In this document: positions 13,366 to 24,462 of the stretch, piece after piece | How positions within the stretch are numbered: position 1 is the first letter of the stretch | How the letters are laid out: every line of letters begins with the position of its first letter | Origin: Thalia democratica | Taxonomy: Eukaryota | Length of the DNA stretch: 64,000 bases | Direction of reading: 5' to 3' | NCBI GenBank assembly: GCA_965202585.1 | Contig: OZ241832.1 | Coordinates: forward strand, 48,670,001 to 48,734,000 | Made by a program: the position numbers and the translations under genes | The notes under the pieces: model-generated | Databases searched by the model: none | What the model was told of the DNA's origin: nothing | Seen by the model: only the letters and a program-made list of their open reading frames with translations

Positions 13366-14005
13366 TTGAGTTGTTAACGGATGAACACAATTATAAATAC
13401 AAAGAAGGCATTTTATTCAAAGAGGAAGACGAAAAACTTATAATTGGCAAGTTCAACTTGAGCCCACTGTTCAGACGCAACGTCGAAAAGCGGAGGCCGG
13501 AGTACAAAGTTGAGAGGTTTGCCAACGACATCGACGTCAAAATGTCCCTGGCCTTCTGTGGACCGCTTCGGCATAGACAAAATTCTCAAGCGCGGTTTCG
13601 GCGAGAGCACCTTCGACATGTTCGCTCTGCTGGACTACGAAGGGCAAGTTTCGGAGCTGAAGTGAATCTTCGAAGCCATCTTGGACAGGATCCACGTTGG
13701 GGTGTCCGAGAGGCCGACTTTTTCACCAAAATTAGACCTGACCCTGGGCAGCCCGTGGCGAGATCGTTGAACCGTGGGAAAAGCCAGTGAAATAAATTAT
13801 CTACGCAAGCATCACGGCGATGCACACCGCGAATGACGACTTTGTGTTGGTGCAGGAAATGGGAGAAGATGAATTCGGTTACGGTTCGTCAGTCAACTTG
13901 GCCAAGGCCACAGTCGCGTTCCCGCCAATTTGCGAAAGTGAAATTTGGACCATAGAATGGGTACACGCAATGAAATTAGAATCCGTTGAATATCAGTACG
14001 AATGA
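13366..14005 (+). pseudogene. Disrupted GC-rich coding exon of an unidentified protein (about 210 codons)
   Basis: Coding-like codon usage follows a CAG acceptor at 13363-13365. Continuous reading needs two single-base frameshifts (about 13550 and about 13756) and passes two in-frame stops (TGA about 13663, TAA about 13792). A possible first exon at 13062-13089 (ATG...G|GTAAAT) has a compatible phase. Confidence 0.6.
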
Positions 14006-14176
14006 AAAAACAAGACGTTTTTTTACCAATATATTTAGAAATAAATAAGTTATGCTGAGGAATTAAAAAGTAAAACAAGTCTTTAGTTATGTCAGTTTTG
14101 GAAGTTCTTGTACGTGTTTCAAAATAGACTTTTCTAACATTAACTTAACTAAACTTATACGTATGTTTATATAAAG

Positions 14177-14760
14177 AAGTTCTACATCGGCTTATGCTCC
14201 AATCAATTCAGATTTCGGTATGCTAACCATAAAAAATCCTTTAAAGGTGGTGTATACGAAAATTAAATTGTGCTTTCGAAGTATGTTTGCGGCCTTAAGC
14301 GAAAAAACATTGATTTCAAATTAACTTGGGAGGTGATAAAAATAGCACAGCCAATAGCAGATGGTAACAACCCTGTTTGTAGGCTGTGCTTAAAAGAATC
14401 AACAGCCGTTATGTATGCGTTAAAAAAGGAAGGTTGTTTAAATAAGAGGAGTGAATTCATATCGTCTTGTCGACATATGAAAAAGCTCCTCTTAAAATAC
14501 AATAAATTTTGAAGTATTTTATAGTCAATTAACTGTTGGTTTTTGTTAATTTTAGTTGTTTGATTAGTTAGATGGTAGATCGATTTTTGTACTGAATATT
14601 TGTAATGTACAATGTTCAATTCTTACGTCATATTGTTTTTGTTTTTTTCGTAAACTTTTGCATCTTTGTTTACCAAAGTGCTTTTTATTTTAAATTTGAA
14701 TTGGCTGAAGATTCGAGACAATTATTTTTGTCTTTATGAAACATATGTTCCAGCATTTTT
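14177..14760 (+). mobile_element. 3' fragment of a Penelope-like retroelement (GIY-YIG endonuclease end plus pLTR region)
   Basis: Translation FYIGLCSNQFRFRYANHKKSF...LSKYVCGLKRKNIDFKLTW...CRLCLKE...LNKRSEFISSCRH matches the PLE GIY-YIG C-terminal pattern (YIG, NH..SF, CxLCxxE, LNKRSE, CRH). One in-frame stop. Confidence 0.85.
14701..14753 (+). ncRNA. Type I minimal hammerhead-ribozyme-like motif in the PLE 3' region
   Basis: TTGG / CTGAAGA (14705-11) / stem II AGACAA..TTGTCT / GAAA (14738-41) / palindromic stem III ACATATGT / H17=U (14749) / CCAG, which pairs with the 5' TTGG. Confidence 0.6.
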
Positions 14761-16668
14761 AAAATCGTCATTTCAATAAATTATTTAAAAGCCCTACAAG
14801 TGGGCTCAGTAGAAAGTGTTCAAGTTTGAACATTAACCTTATTTTATATATTTATATATATATATATGTAATTTTGTGGATAAAAATAGAGCTCCAAATT
14901 CTTAAGACCAAGCATGGTCTCGCAAGTAAAATAAAAAGTATTATTGGACAAAAAATACAACTTATGTTCGCGTTTAGTCTGAAAAAAAGAATTTTCAAAG
15001 TATCTATCAACATTTTTGAATAAATACAATACTAAAGATTGAAAAAAAACAACTAAGTTTAGTTGAAAGTAAAGTTTTAAGTATAAAAAAATTAAAATTA
15101 AAACTACTTAAAAAAAATCTAACTTAATTATAAGAATAAGGAGTCAAGCATTTTAAAAACAACACAATTTTTTTTTCAATTAGTAAAATTATTCTACTAC
15201 TAATAAACTTAAAATAACAACTTAGTTTACTTTAACAAATCTACATATTAAATTACCACCGAGAAAAAAAAAACTTGTTGTTAGTGTTTTTACAAATTGT
15301 AATCATGTAGTCTCATCAAAATTTAAAAATTATTTATAGTTATAGAAATTGCAAAAGTCTTAAATAAAAATGTAAAAACTTATGTTTAATTGCTCTTTAT
15401 TAGCATGTACTTTGTTATTTGGTTCAAAAAAGATTGATGTGTAGTAGTTTAGCTTTTTACTTCACATTTTGTACAAGAATTTATTTTTTTCTTAAGCAAC
15501 ACACTTTATAGTTTAAAAAAAAAACAGTTAAAGTTTAGTAGTTTCAGAATTAATAACATTTTGTTAAATCAAAAAATTGATTTTAAATGGTTGAAAACAG
15601 TCTAAACTTAACTATGAAGATTACTTAACTTAAGAAGTCTAACATTAAATTAAATTAATTAAAGCAAGTAATCTTTATCCTAGACATTAAAGCAAATGTT
15701 ACAAATAGACTGCAAACATGTTTGAAATAAAATATTTAAAATACAGATATTAGCTTAATATAGAAAATCACTTCAAGTTTTACTGAAAGTAAAAGTAGCT
15801 TCTAGTTATTTGTTAAGAACTTTACGAAGAAAACAAATTACAATTAAAGCAAAATTTTTAGTGATAATCACTTTTCAAAATTGTTAATAGTATTTAGTAT
15901 TGATAAATAATAAATCTTTATTAAATTAAAGCAATTTGTTAAAACTCGGTCCGCGACCACTTAATTTATTTGAAATTTACACTAAACTTTAACAGATCCT
16001 TAATGAAAGTCATAACATAAATAATTTGAGGTCTGAAAGTTACACCAGGTATTTTAGGGTCAGTAATAAGTTTAAATTAGAAATAGGATTTTATCGGTAT
16101 TTATTCATATTTTCTTACTATTTCTTGTAGATTTAGCCCGCTGATTTAAAACGTTGCTTACCTCTGATTAAAAGAATTTTCTTTGCCTTAGTTTTTAAAA
16201 GTATAAAGAAGTTTAAATTTATCATATTCAAAATATAAAAGAAACGCAAGAAGATTATCTATTTTCCATTTATCAATGTTTTTAATCAAGCTATAACAAA
16301 AGAACTAAGTTTGATATTTATCTAAGTTGTACCATTTTTTTTGTTTCATTCAGAATGATTTGTTTGATATTTAAAATAATTATTTTGTATTTATACTTAT
16401 ATAATGCTTTTAAAACAATTTAATTAAGCTTATTTCTACTCTCAAAAAGCCATTTTTTAATGTTTGTAAGTAGTTTTTGTACATAGTTTAATTTTAAAGT
16501 TATATAAAATTAATAGTCATTAGTTTACAAAGCTCAAGAAAATAAAGTTATAAAAATTTTATTATTTTCAGTTTACTGAACTGATTTTAATTGTATTTCA
16601 ATATGCAAAAGAACTCTGTGTGTATCAAAACTTAATGCTTAATAAGTTCAAAGTACTCAAGTTTTAAG

Positions 16669-16776
16669 TAGTGATCTTTTGCATCCCAAATCCCGATTCG
16701 GCTGGATCCGACTATTTTTTTCTTAGATCCGGACGGATTTTATTTTTGAAATGGATCCGGTTCTGGTAGATCGCTA
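16669..16776. mobile_element. 108-bp hAT-type MITE remnant
   Basis: TIRs TAGTGATCT / AGATCGCTA, 8-bp target duplication GTTTTAAG / GTTGTAAG (1 mismatch), internal GATCCG subterminal repeats. Confidence 0.7.
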
Positions 16777-17129
16777 GTTGTAAGGCTACCTATGATTTTC
16801 TAGTTGTGCTGTACTTCGACCATTGTGTTAAAGTTAAAAAAAGTTTTTTTTTCTGTAACATTTCCAATGACTTATTTAAACTTTGTAAAAGCCACTACAG
16901 GTGGCGATTCTGAAAAGGTCAGGGAGAAGCAAAACAATAAGCCATAACATCTTTATGGCCTCTATATTTTAGGACTTAAATTTTCACTTAAAATGGAATT
17001 AATTTCCCATTTAATAGTATGACTTCAACCATCTTTTAGTTTTTTTTAATTTTTTTAATAATTTTTTAAAAGTTTTTTTTATAAGTCCTTTTAAACTCGT
17101 TTCATCTTTTTAAAGAAAACTTTCACTTG

Positions 17130-17390
17130 TTCTTTGTCACCCGTTTGAATCACCAGCAGCATCAGTGTTCACTGAAGTGGTCGGGTCAAGATTTGTGAAC
17201 TCGCTCGTTTCTTCATCGTTTTCTGATACACTCGATGGTTAATGCTTGGTTTTCTAACAGCTCTTTAGTAGTTTCTTTCATCAGTTGTTTCAAAATATTC
17301 TTCAATAACGCACTGCTTTTTATGGTCGTGTTTTCCTTTTGGACGGTTTTCGAACAGCTAAATTGTGCTTGTGCTACTTATTGGAGAAGA
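17130..17390 (-). other. Possible decayed coding fragment (retroelement ORF1-like coiled coil?)
   Basis: Elevated GC and a coiled-coil-like stretch SSALLKNILKQLMKETTKELLENQ in broken frames. No diagnostic motif. Confidence 0.25.
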
Positions 17391-18500
17391 AAAATGGCAA
17401 CAGCTTAATGTGGTAAACTGCAATAATACAAATTTTTATTAAGTATTATAAAGTAAATAAAAATCTATTAATGAATCATTTTTAAAACCTTTTATGAAGT
17501 ACAGGTTCTTGTTAAAGAAAGTAGTATGGTAGTCTAAATGTTTTAAGTGTCATTATAAAAAAGTTTAGACTGGTTTGTCATACTTCTATACAAGAACTTT
17601 TGAAGTTTTAGTAGTAAAAACAGTTTAGAGAATTAAAGCTTTTAACTGTTTTAAAAAATTATAATAATTAATATTTAATTTCTGTTTGATACCTATTATT
17701 AAGTTTTTAAACGTAAAATACTTGTATTAAGTGCTAGTAGTTATAATATCTACCACTTAAGATAACTAAATATAACTCAAACTGTTACAGACTATAAATT
17801 CATTGAAAACTTTATAGTCAGAAAATTATTAACATGCAAACTTTTTTTTAAATATAATAAAATCAAAAAGTTATTTTATTAAGTATATATACAGTTAGCT
17901 AAACTTAAACAAAAAAATAACGTTGACACAATGTAATAAGTTAAATTGTTAAATAGTAAGTTTTAATACAAAAAGTTTATTTTTAAACGTATGTACACAT
18001 TTTCTTGTACTAAATTATTTTGTTTGTAATTTAAATGCTAATTCGTACTTTGTACATTTTTAAACTTTATACACTGTAGTTAGGGCGCATAGTTTTTTTT
18101 TCAGAAATTGTTAAAAGTTCACATGACTTAATTTCTATTTTGGATTAGTTTTTAGTTAAAACTGTTTAGCTCATGTAAGTTTATTAATAAATTAAATAAG
18201 GTGTTTTATTCAGTATCTTGTTTTTTTTTTGCGAATATTTTTTATAATTTTTTATTTCTTTAAGTTTAATTATGACTATTAAGTTGTTTTTATTTTTTTT
18301 TTGGTCATCATAACTTTAACTTAAGTTTAGTGTACGACTCGACGAAAAAGAGGTTTTTTAGTATACCTGTATAAGTATTTACCTAGTTTTAATTATGTTT
18401 TGTGTTACAGATTTTATCATTCTTGTAATTAGTTTGTGAATAAACTCAACCAAGAAAGGTATATTTATTAATAATAAAGTCTAGCTAAATTGAATCAACA

Positions 18501-19148
18501 ATGCCTGTGATTAAATGCCCTCTTGAGAGTTGCACATATGAAACAACAGACGTCGATGCTTCTGTATTTGCCTCTTTGCTTATCATTCACAACAATTTTC
18601 ACATTTATGCAAATTCTTCAAAACCAAAGCCTTCAAAGATGGACCGTCCTCGAATAGGGACAGACTGCAATGAAGAGGGTTGGAATATATTTGTACAAAA
18701 GTGGACTATTTTTAAAGATAGCATGGAGATGACAGAGGTAGAAAAAGGCCGTCAACTGTACCAGTGCTGTGAGGAAGATCTAGGCGATGCTATTCTGAAG
18801 GGACATGAAGATGTAGTAAATTTAAGTGAGCAAGAGCTTTTAAGGATGATCAAGCAGCTTGCAGTTGTTCCTGTTTCAGTTGTTGTACGACGATCAGACT
18901 TTCTCAGTGCAAGACAGGATTTGACTGAAAACACTAGATCATTTTCTGCACGTTTGAACGGAAAAGCCAGTACATGCTCGTACACATGTAAATGCCCAAA
19001 GGATGGCTGTAATCAAATGATAGATTTTACAGACATAATCCTAAATGATGTCATGGTAACAGGTTTAGCTGATGAGGATATCCGTAAAGAAGTGCTAGGA
19101 TGGAAAAATCTAGATGAGAAAAATGTCAATGAGACAATCGGTTATTGA
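18501..19148 (+). pseudogene. Gag-like ORF of the LTR element (frameshifted at its end)
   Basis: MPVIKCP..C.Y.T.D...ASLL.IH, followed by RQD..E..RSFSARLNGKA..C and GLADEDIRKEVLG, resembles invertebrate gypsy gag. The ORF ends prematurely at ETIGY*, with I-E-G-K-E continuing in another frame. Confidence 0.75.
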
Positions 19149-19849
19149 AGGAAAAGAGATGGCGGTGATGCAATGTCAAAACCCGCTGTTACAGCCTCAG
19201 TTTTCTCATACAAATCCTCAAAGAAAACCACATGAAAACCAAGTGGTAAAATAACTTGTGGCATATGTAATAAATAAACTGATAAATTTGTTTGGAGCAG
19301 TAAAAATATCAGGTATGTTGAGTGATCTGCCTGTAAACAATGCTGGATAAAGTCCTGTAAAAAAGATTATCAAAGTCACCAAAGTTATGCTGATGAGTCA
19401 AATGCACTTCTAGTTAGTGTATTGTATACACCAAATGTATACAAATCCTTACAGAAAACCACACAAAAACCAAGTGGTAAAATAACTTGTGGCATATGTA
19501 ATAAATCAACTGATAAATTTGTTTGGGGCAGTAAAAATATGATGTATATTGAGTGTTCTGCCTGTAAACAATGCTGGATAAAGTCCCGTAAAAAAGTTTA
19601 TCAAAGTCACCAAAATAATGCTGATGAGTCAAAAGCACTTCTGCTTGGTGGATTATCTACACAAAGTTCTGATAGCTTTTGCATCCGAGGTCGTAGGAAA
19701 AATATGTTCGAGCGTAAAAATGTAAAGAAGAAAAAGGAGGTACAGGGACAGAAAAATGTATTTCTACACACTGGATGGCGACAAAGACCGCACATATCCC
19801 AAAGCAAACCTCACCTACCTCCAAATGATAAGATGTCATTACCTTACGT

Positions 19850-20160
19850 CAGAAAGAGTGTTATGACTTACAATAACCAACAGATCTCAAAAGTGTGGCG
19901 TGACGTTTGGAATAAAAAGGAAGAATCTCTCAGTATTCGTTTTGTTAAGTCTCTGGAAAATATAAGTGAGAAAACAAAATCATTGCCACCACTGAATTGT
20001 GGTGATCATGTCGTGATACTAAATCAAACATGTAACTTTCCTAGCAAGTGGGGAAAAGTGGAGTGGTGGTGGAAGTGAAGGACTGCCATCAATGTGTTGT
20101 CAAGGTTGATAAATCAGGTTGCTAAACTGTTCAAAATAGTAAGTTTTATAAGAAGATTTA
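19850..20160 (+). pseudogene. Integrase C-terminal tail remnant of the LTR element
   Basis: W....EESL..R....L...SEKTKSLPPLNCGDHVVILNQT...PSKW.K, then V.KVD.SG in shifted frames. No protease, RT, RNase H or integrase core found upstream. Confidence 0.7.
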
Positions 20161-22382
20161 TCCCTCCAGTTTGTTAATCTCTAAGTAGTATCCCTTATCT
20201 GAGAAAAGCAAACATACCACGGTAAAAGTTTGTCTTTTCTGGTAAAGTTGAGAAAAAAGATGTCAAGAAAAGTTTTAATGTTCTATGTTATTACAGAAGG
20301 AAGATTCTTTTTTAATAAGCATTGTGTAATTTCCCTCTGTACTAACGGCTTTCTTAAACATTGATGTTGAGCTGGAATGGCTCGGATTTGCTTTGATCAA
20401 TATTTTCTTGACTTATGTTTTCTACAGAAAAGCAAACATACCGCCAAAGTTTATTTGCGTACAAAAATGTGTCCGGGATGAGACTTTATAATGCTTTTCA
20501 AAAGTTTCGTGACACCGATGTTGCTGACATTCATTTATTGTCAAGTTGGAATGTTCACTGTAAATTAATGTTTTATAGTCTAATGAATGAGTTTCAGTCC
20601 AATGGTGACGTCATAAAGTTTTTTGTTGACTTTGCAGCAGACTTGTCTAACAGCCATTTGTTCAAAGTGATCTTGGATGAGGACGCAGAGATTGACTTTC
20701 AAAAATTCGAATAGTTGGTTGGTTTCGAGTATTTGTAAAATAAATGTAGCAGTATTTCGTCAGTGTTTAATGCTATCAGTAGTGCACCTTCTACCTTGTT
20801 TGAAGTCGAAAATATGATAAAGATATTTTTCAACAAATTAAGTGAAGTTTCAAGATAGTTAGATAAATGACGTGTGGTTTCATTCTTCAAAGCTGAAAAG
20901 TTCAAATCGTGAAGCAATTAAGTTTTTAAATGCTTGTATTCAGCGTCTGAGTGAAGAAAAGTAAAGATTAAGTCCCAATTTTTTTGTTACAGTTTGTTTT
21001 TTTAAGTTGTAGTTACTAAGTTAATCGTAATTTTTTAAATGTTTTTGTCTTTTTGAGTTTAATTTCGTTGAATTTTAGACCTGAAAAGTGTGTTTAAGTT
21101 GTAACAATTTGTTTTAAAATTATTTTGTTTCGCTAGGTAAATTTATCGTTTTATCTCCTTTGTAGATAAAATCTGGGGGGAGATGTATAAGTATTTACCT
21201 AGTTTTAATTATGTTTTGTGTTACAGACTTTATCATTCTTGTAATTAGTTTGTGAATAAACTCAACCAAGAAAGATATATTTATTTATCTTTAGACCAGG
21301 TCCTTAGACCAAAACTTTTTTAAGTAACTTGATTTTTTGCTTTGTAATCAGAAAACTATATGTTTAATATATGTCTTTATCAGATTTTTTCAACCATAAT
21401 TGGTTGTGATATCTAAACGGTTAGAATTAAAGTGATTAATTATTTATCAAAATAAGGAAAAAAAGGGTTAGTATAAGTATTTAATTAAAGCATTTCTTCC
21501 AAAAAAACTCTCAAGTTTCAAAAATGGTTCTGTTGAAATCACTAACTGATACCTTTAAGCTAATACAGCTTGACAAAATATCTACATTTTTAATGTTTAG
21601 CTTTTGTTTTTGACAGAAAATATCTAACAAAAAACAGTACAGTTCTATTAATTTGTATAGCAAATAAAATTTATTTAACTAAACTTCTTTTTGATTAAAG
21701 AAACATGTAAAAATACTTAATTGTATTTCTTAAAAATCTCGTTTTTTTTTGCCTAAAGAATATTTTCTACTGTTATAGTTTTATTTATTGAAAAAAAATT
21801 TGCGTCAAACTTTTTGTCTTCAATGTATTTTTTAAATAAAATGAAGGACTGTGAGTTTAAGCATTGTTATAGTTTATCAGTAACTTTGTGCTTGTATGTA
21901 GATTTAAAGCATATTTATTGTAAACACTTGACCTTTCTGCTATCCTTTGTTGATAGTTATTTTTTAGAGAAAAAATATAGTTTGCTACATGAATGTTTAC
22001 AAATGAATAAATATACTACTTCGAAAAACCAACAGGTGTCTTTTAATATGGACGTATTTAATTAATTAATTTTTAGCATGCATTCTTATGAGATATTGTT
22101 AAAAATGATATGTGAAAATTAAAAACTCTTTGTATTTGACAGCTTATAAACAAAAGTAAGTTAATATTAATTTATTTGGTACTTGATTGTACATGTTATA
22201 ACGAAATACCGTGTAAACTAAACCTGAGTTTTGGTTAGTTACCCATAGACAAACTGTTATTTACCAGTTAAGTTACTTTTGATCACAATTAAAAACAGTT
22301 TCTTACAAAGGTTTTCATTAAGAAAGTTTTAAATAAGTCTTTGGTTAATAGTCCTGGTTAAGACATTAAAAGGTTTCCAAAT

Positions 22383-22449
22383 GGTGTGCGACTCGATATC
22401 CGAAAGACTTTTTTATGCACCAGGTCTTAGGACCAAACATTTTGAGCGC
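22383..22449 (+). repeat. Short interspersed repeat GGTGTRYRACTCGA...CACCAGGTCC..GACCAAA..TTTGAGC
   Basis: Related copies at about 42853-42918, about 43505-43560 and about 55969-56018. A further copy is split by the LTR element (18330-18367 plus 21293-21320). Confidence 0.7.
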
Positions 22450-23727
22450 TTTTATTTGTCATTCAATAAACAATAACTAATATGTTTATTGTAAAAGTAG
22501 TTCTACTTTTACTAATGGTCCGAAGCAAAACATTTTTTAAGCAATGTATATTCGGTCGATTTTTAAGAAACTAAAACTATGGCTAAATATAGTACAGAGA
22601 GACTTTTAGTCTTGTGTTTTTTCACACACATCTTACTTAAACATTTCTGTTAAAGCTTAAACTGCAAAAAAATCTATAGAAAATTAGATATATATACAGA
22701 TTATGGTAGACTAATCTTTGAATCAGACTTTTTAAAATGCATCACACAATAAGTATAGCTTTCAAAAGCGGTTTAATAATTTTTCATGTGAAAAAAGTTT
22801 TTAGTTAAATGTTTGTGCATATGAAAGAAATTGTTCTAGATGAAAAAAATTATATTATAATATAAATACCTAAAACAGTTGAATTTTTTTTTAAACTTTC
22901 AAAGCTATAAGAAGCCTACAGAAACTTAAATACTTACTATTAGCTATTTATGAGTCACTTAGTATTTAGACCGTAGTATTCATAACGTCATGTAAGCACC
23001 ACAGTTAAAACGATTTTAGTAATACTACAAGTCGGTCATACTTATTGAATCGAGCCAAAATTGTAATTACGTTCAGCTTTAGAAAAACTTTTATTAATTC
23101 ATTTTAATGTTTTAAACATCTTTATATGAAAAGATAAATTATCTAATTGGCTTGCATAAGACTAAAAACTCTGTAAAAAGTAATTTTAGTTTACTAAGCT
23201 TAACCTCTATTAAAAGCATTTAAAAGATAATTTTTGATGTCAGTGAAGTAGTGTGGAAGGATTAAAATGTATTTTTTTCTTGATTTTTTAAGAAAGTAAA
23301 ATCATAAAAGAATTATAATTAAAATATAAATTAAGTAAGCCTTTGTTCAAGAGACAAAGTAAAACATTTCTAATCAAATTTGAAAAAAGTTAAAACTATT
23401 GGGAGCAGTTTAAAAAAGTTTTTAAACCTATAAAAAAAAAACGTTTAAAATCAAAGGTTCAGAGAACAAAATTAAATTTACTAATGCTATTTCTATAGGT
23501 TTGCAAAAAAAAATACTTATACACTTTAGAGTTTTTCAGATATATTTATATAAATTAAAAGCTAATTTTTATTTGATTAGTGGTCTTTGTATTTAGATTT
23601 TGTAAATTTATTTTTTAGAGAAGTTTGTGACATCTATATTTGTGAAAAAAAATTATAATAAGTAAATAGTTATTGAAAATCAGAAAGAATTTTTTTTGAG
23701 AGTAGAACTCTTTTTATATCATTAAAA

Positions 23728-24462
23728 TATATACCATTTACAACTTGTTATTAACAGATTACTCTTTTTTTTTATATTCTATTTTACAAAGCTTTCAAAA
23801 CTATACTAGTTTCATTCTCAAGTATAAAATGTTAAATGAAATTTGAAAAAAAATTTGGTTAGTAAACAACTTAAAAAATTACTTTAAATTATGACGTATG
23901 AATAAATTCGAGTAACTACAAAATTTGGGATTTAGCAAGTAAAGGTATGTTTATTAATAATTTTGCTTTCTCATTTAATGCTATTTGCGTATTTAACTTA
24001 GGTCGCTCTTCCTCAATCAATATTGATTTCAGGCTGTAGAGTTCGCTTTGTTTACATCTTGTATTTGATTCTATGCTTTTTAATTGCACACCCAGTTAAA
24101 ACTTTAAAGTTTTGAAACGATGTAAACAAAGCGAACTCTACAGCCTGGAATCAATATTGATTGAGGAAGAGCGACCTAAGTTAAATACGCAAATAACATT
24201 AAATGGAAAAGCAAAATTACTAAAAAATTATTAATAAACATACCTTTACTTGCTAAATCTCTAAATTTTGTATTTACTTGAATTTATTCATACGTCATAA
24301 TTTAAAGTAATTTTTTAAGCTGTTTACTAACTAATTTTTTTTTAAATTTCATTTAACATTTACCACTTGAGAATGAAACTAGTATAGTTTTGAAAAGCTT
24401 TGTAAAATAAAGTATAAAACAAAATGAGTAATCTGTTAATAATAAGTTGCAAATGGTATATA
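23728..24462. repeat. Large fold-back (about 330-340 bp inverted arms, about 60 bp spacer); MITE/foldback element or hairpin locus
   Basis: About 23728-24059 is the reverse complement of about 24119-24462, with scattered substitutions and small indels. Termini are TATATACCATTT / AAATGGTATATA. Confidence 0.9.

Larger units (their letters stand above)
18368..21292 (+). mobile_element. Internally deleted Ty3/gypsy-type LTR retroelement
   Basis: Direct repeats at 18368-18469 and 21184-21285 start TG and differ at 2 of 102 nt. A polypurine tract (GGGGGGAGA) directly precedes the 3' LTR. Flanks are ATACC / AGACC (putative 5-bp TSD). It carries a gag ORF and only the C-terminal tail of pol. Confidence 0.85.

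Noticed and set aside
13366-14005. In-frame TGA/TAA as stop-codon reassignment or selenocysteine
   Set aside because: Frameshifts accompany the stops, and neighbouring genes end normally at TAA, TAG and TGA.
19385-19640. CTGATGAG as further hammerhead cores
   Set aside because: It lies in gag coding sequence (ADES), with no stem II or GAAA in the right position.
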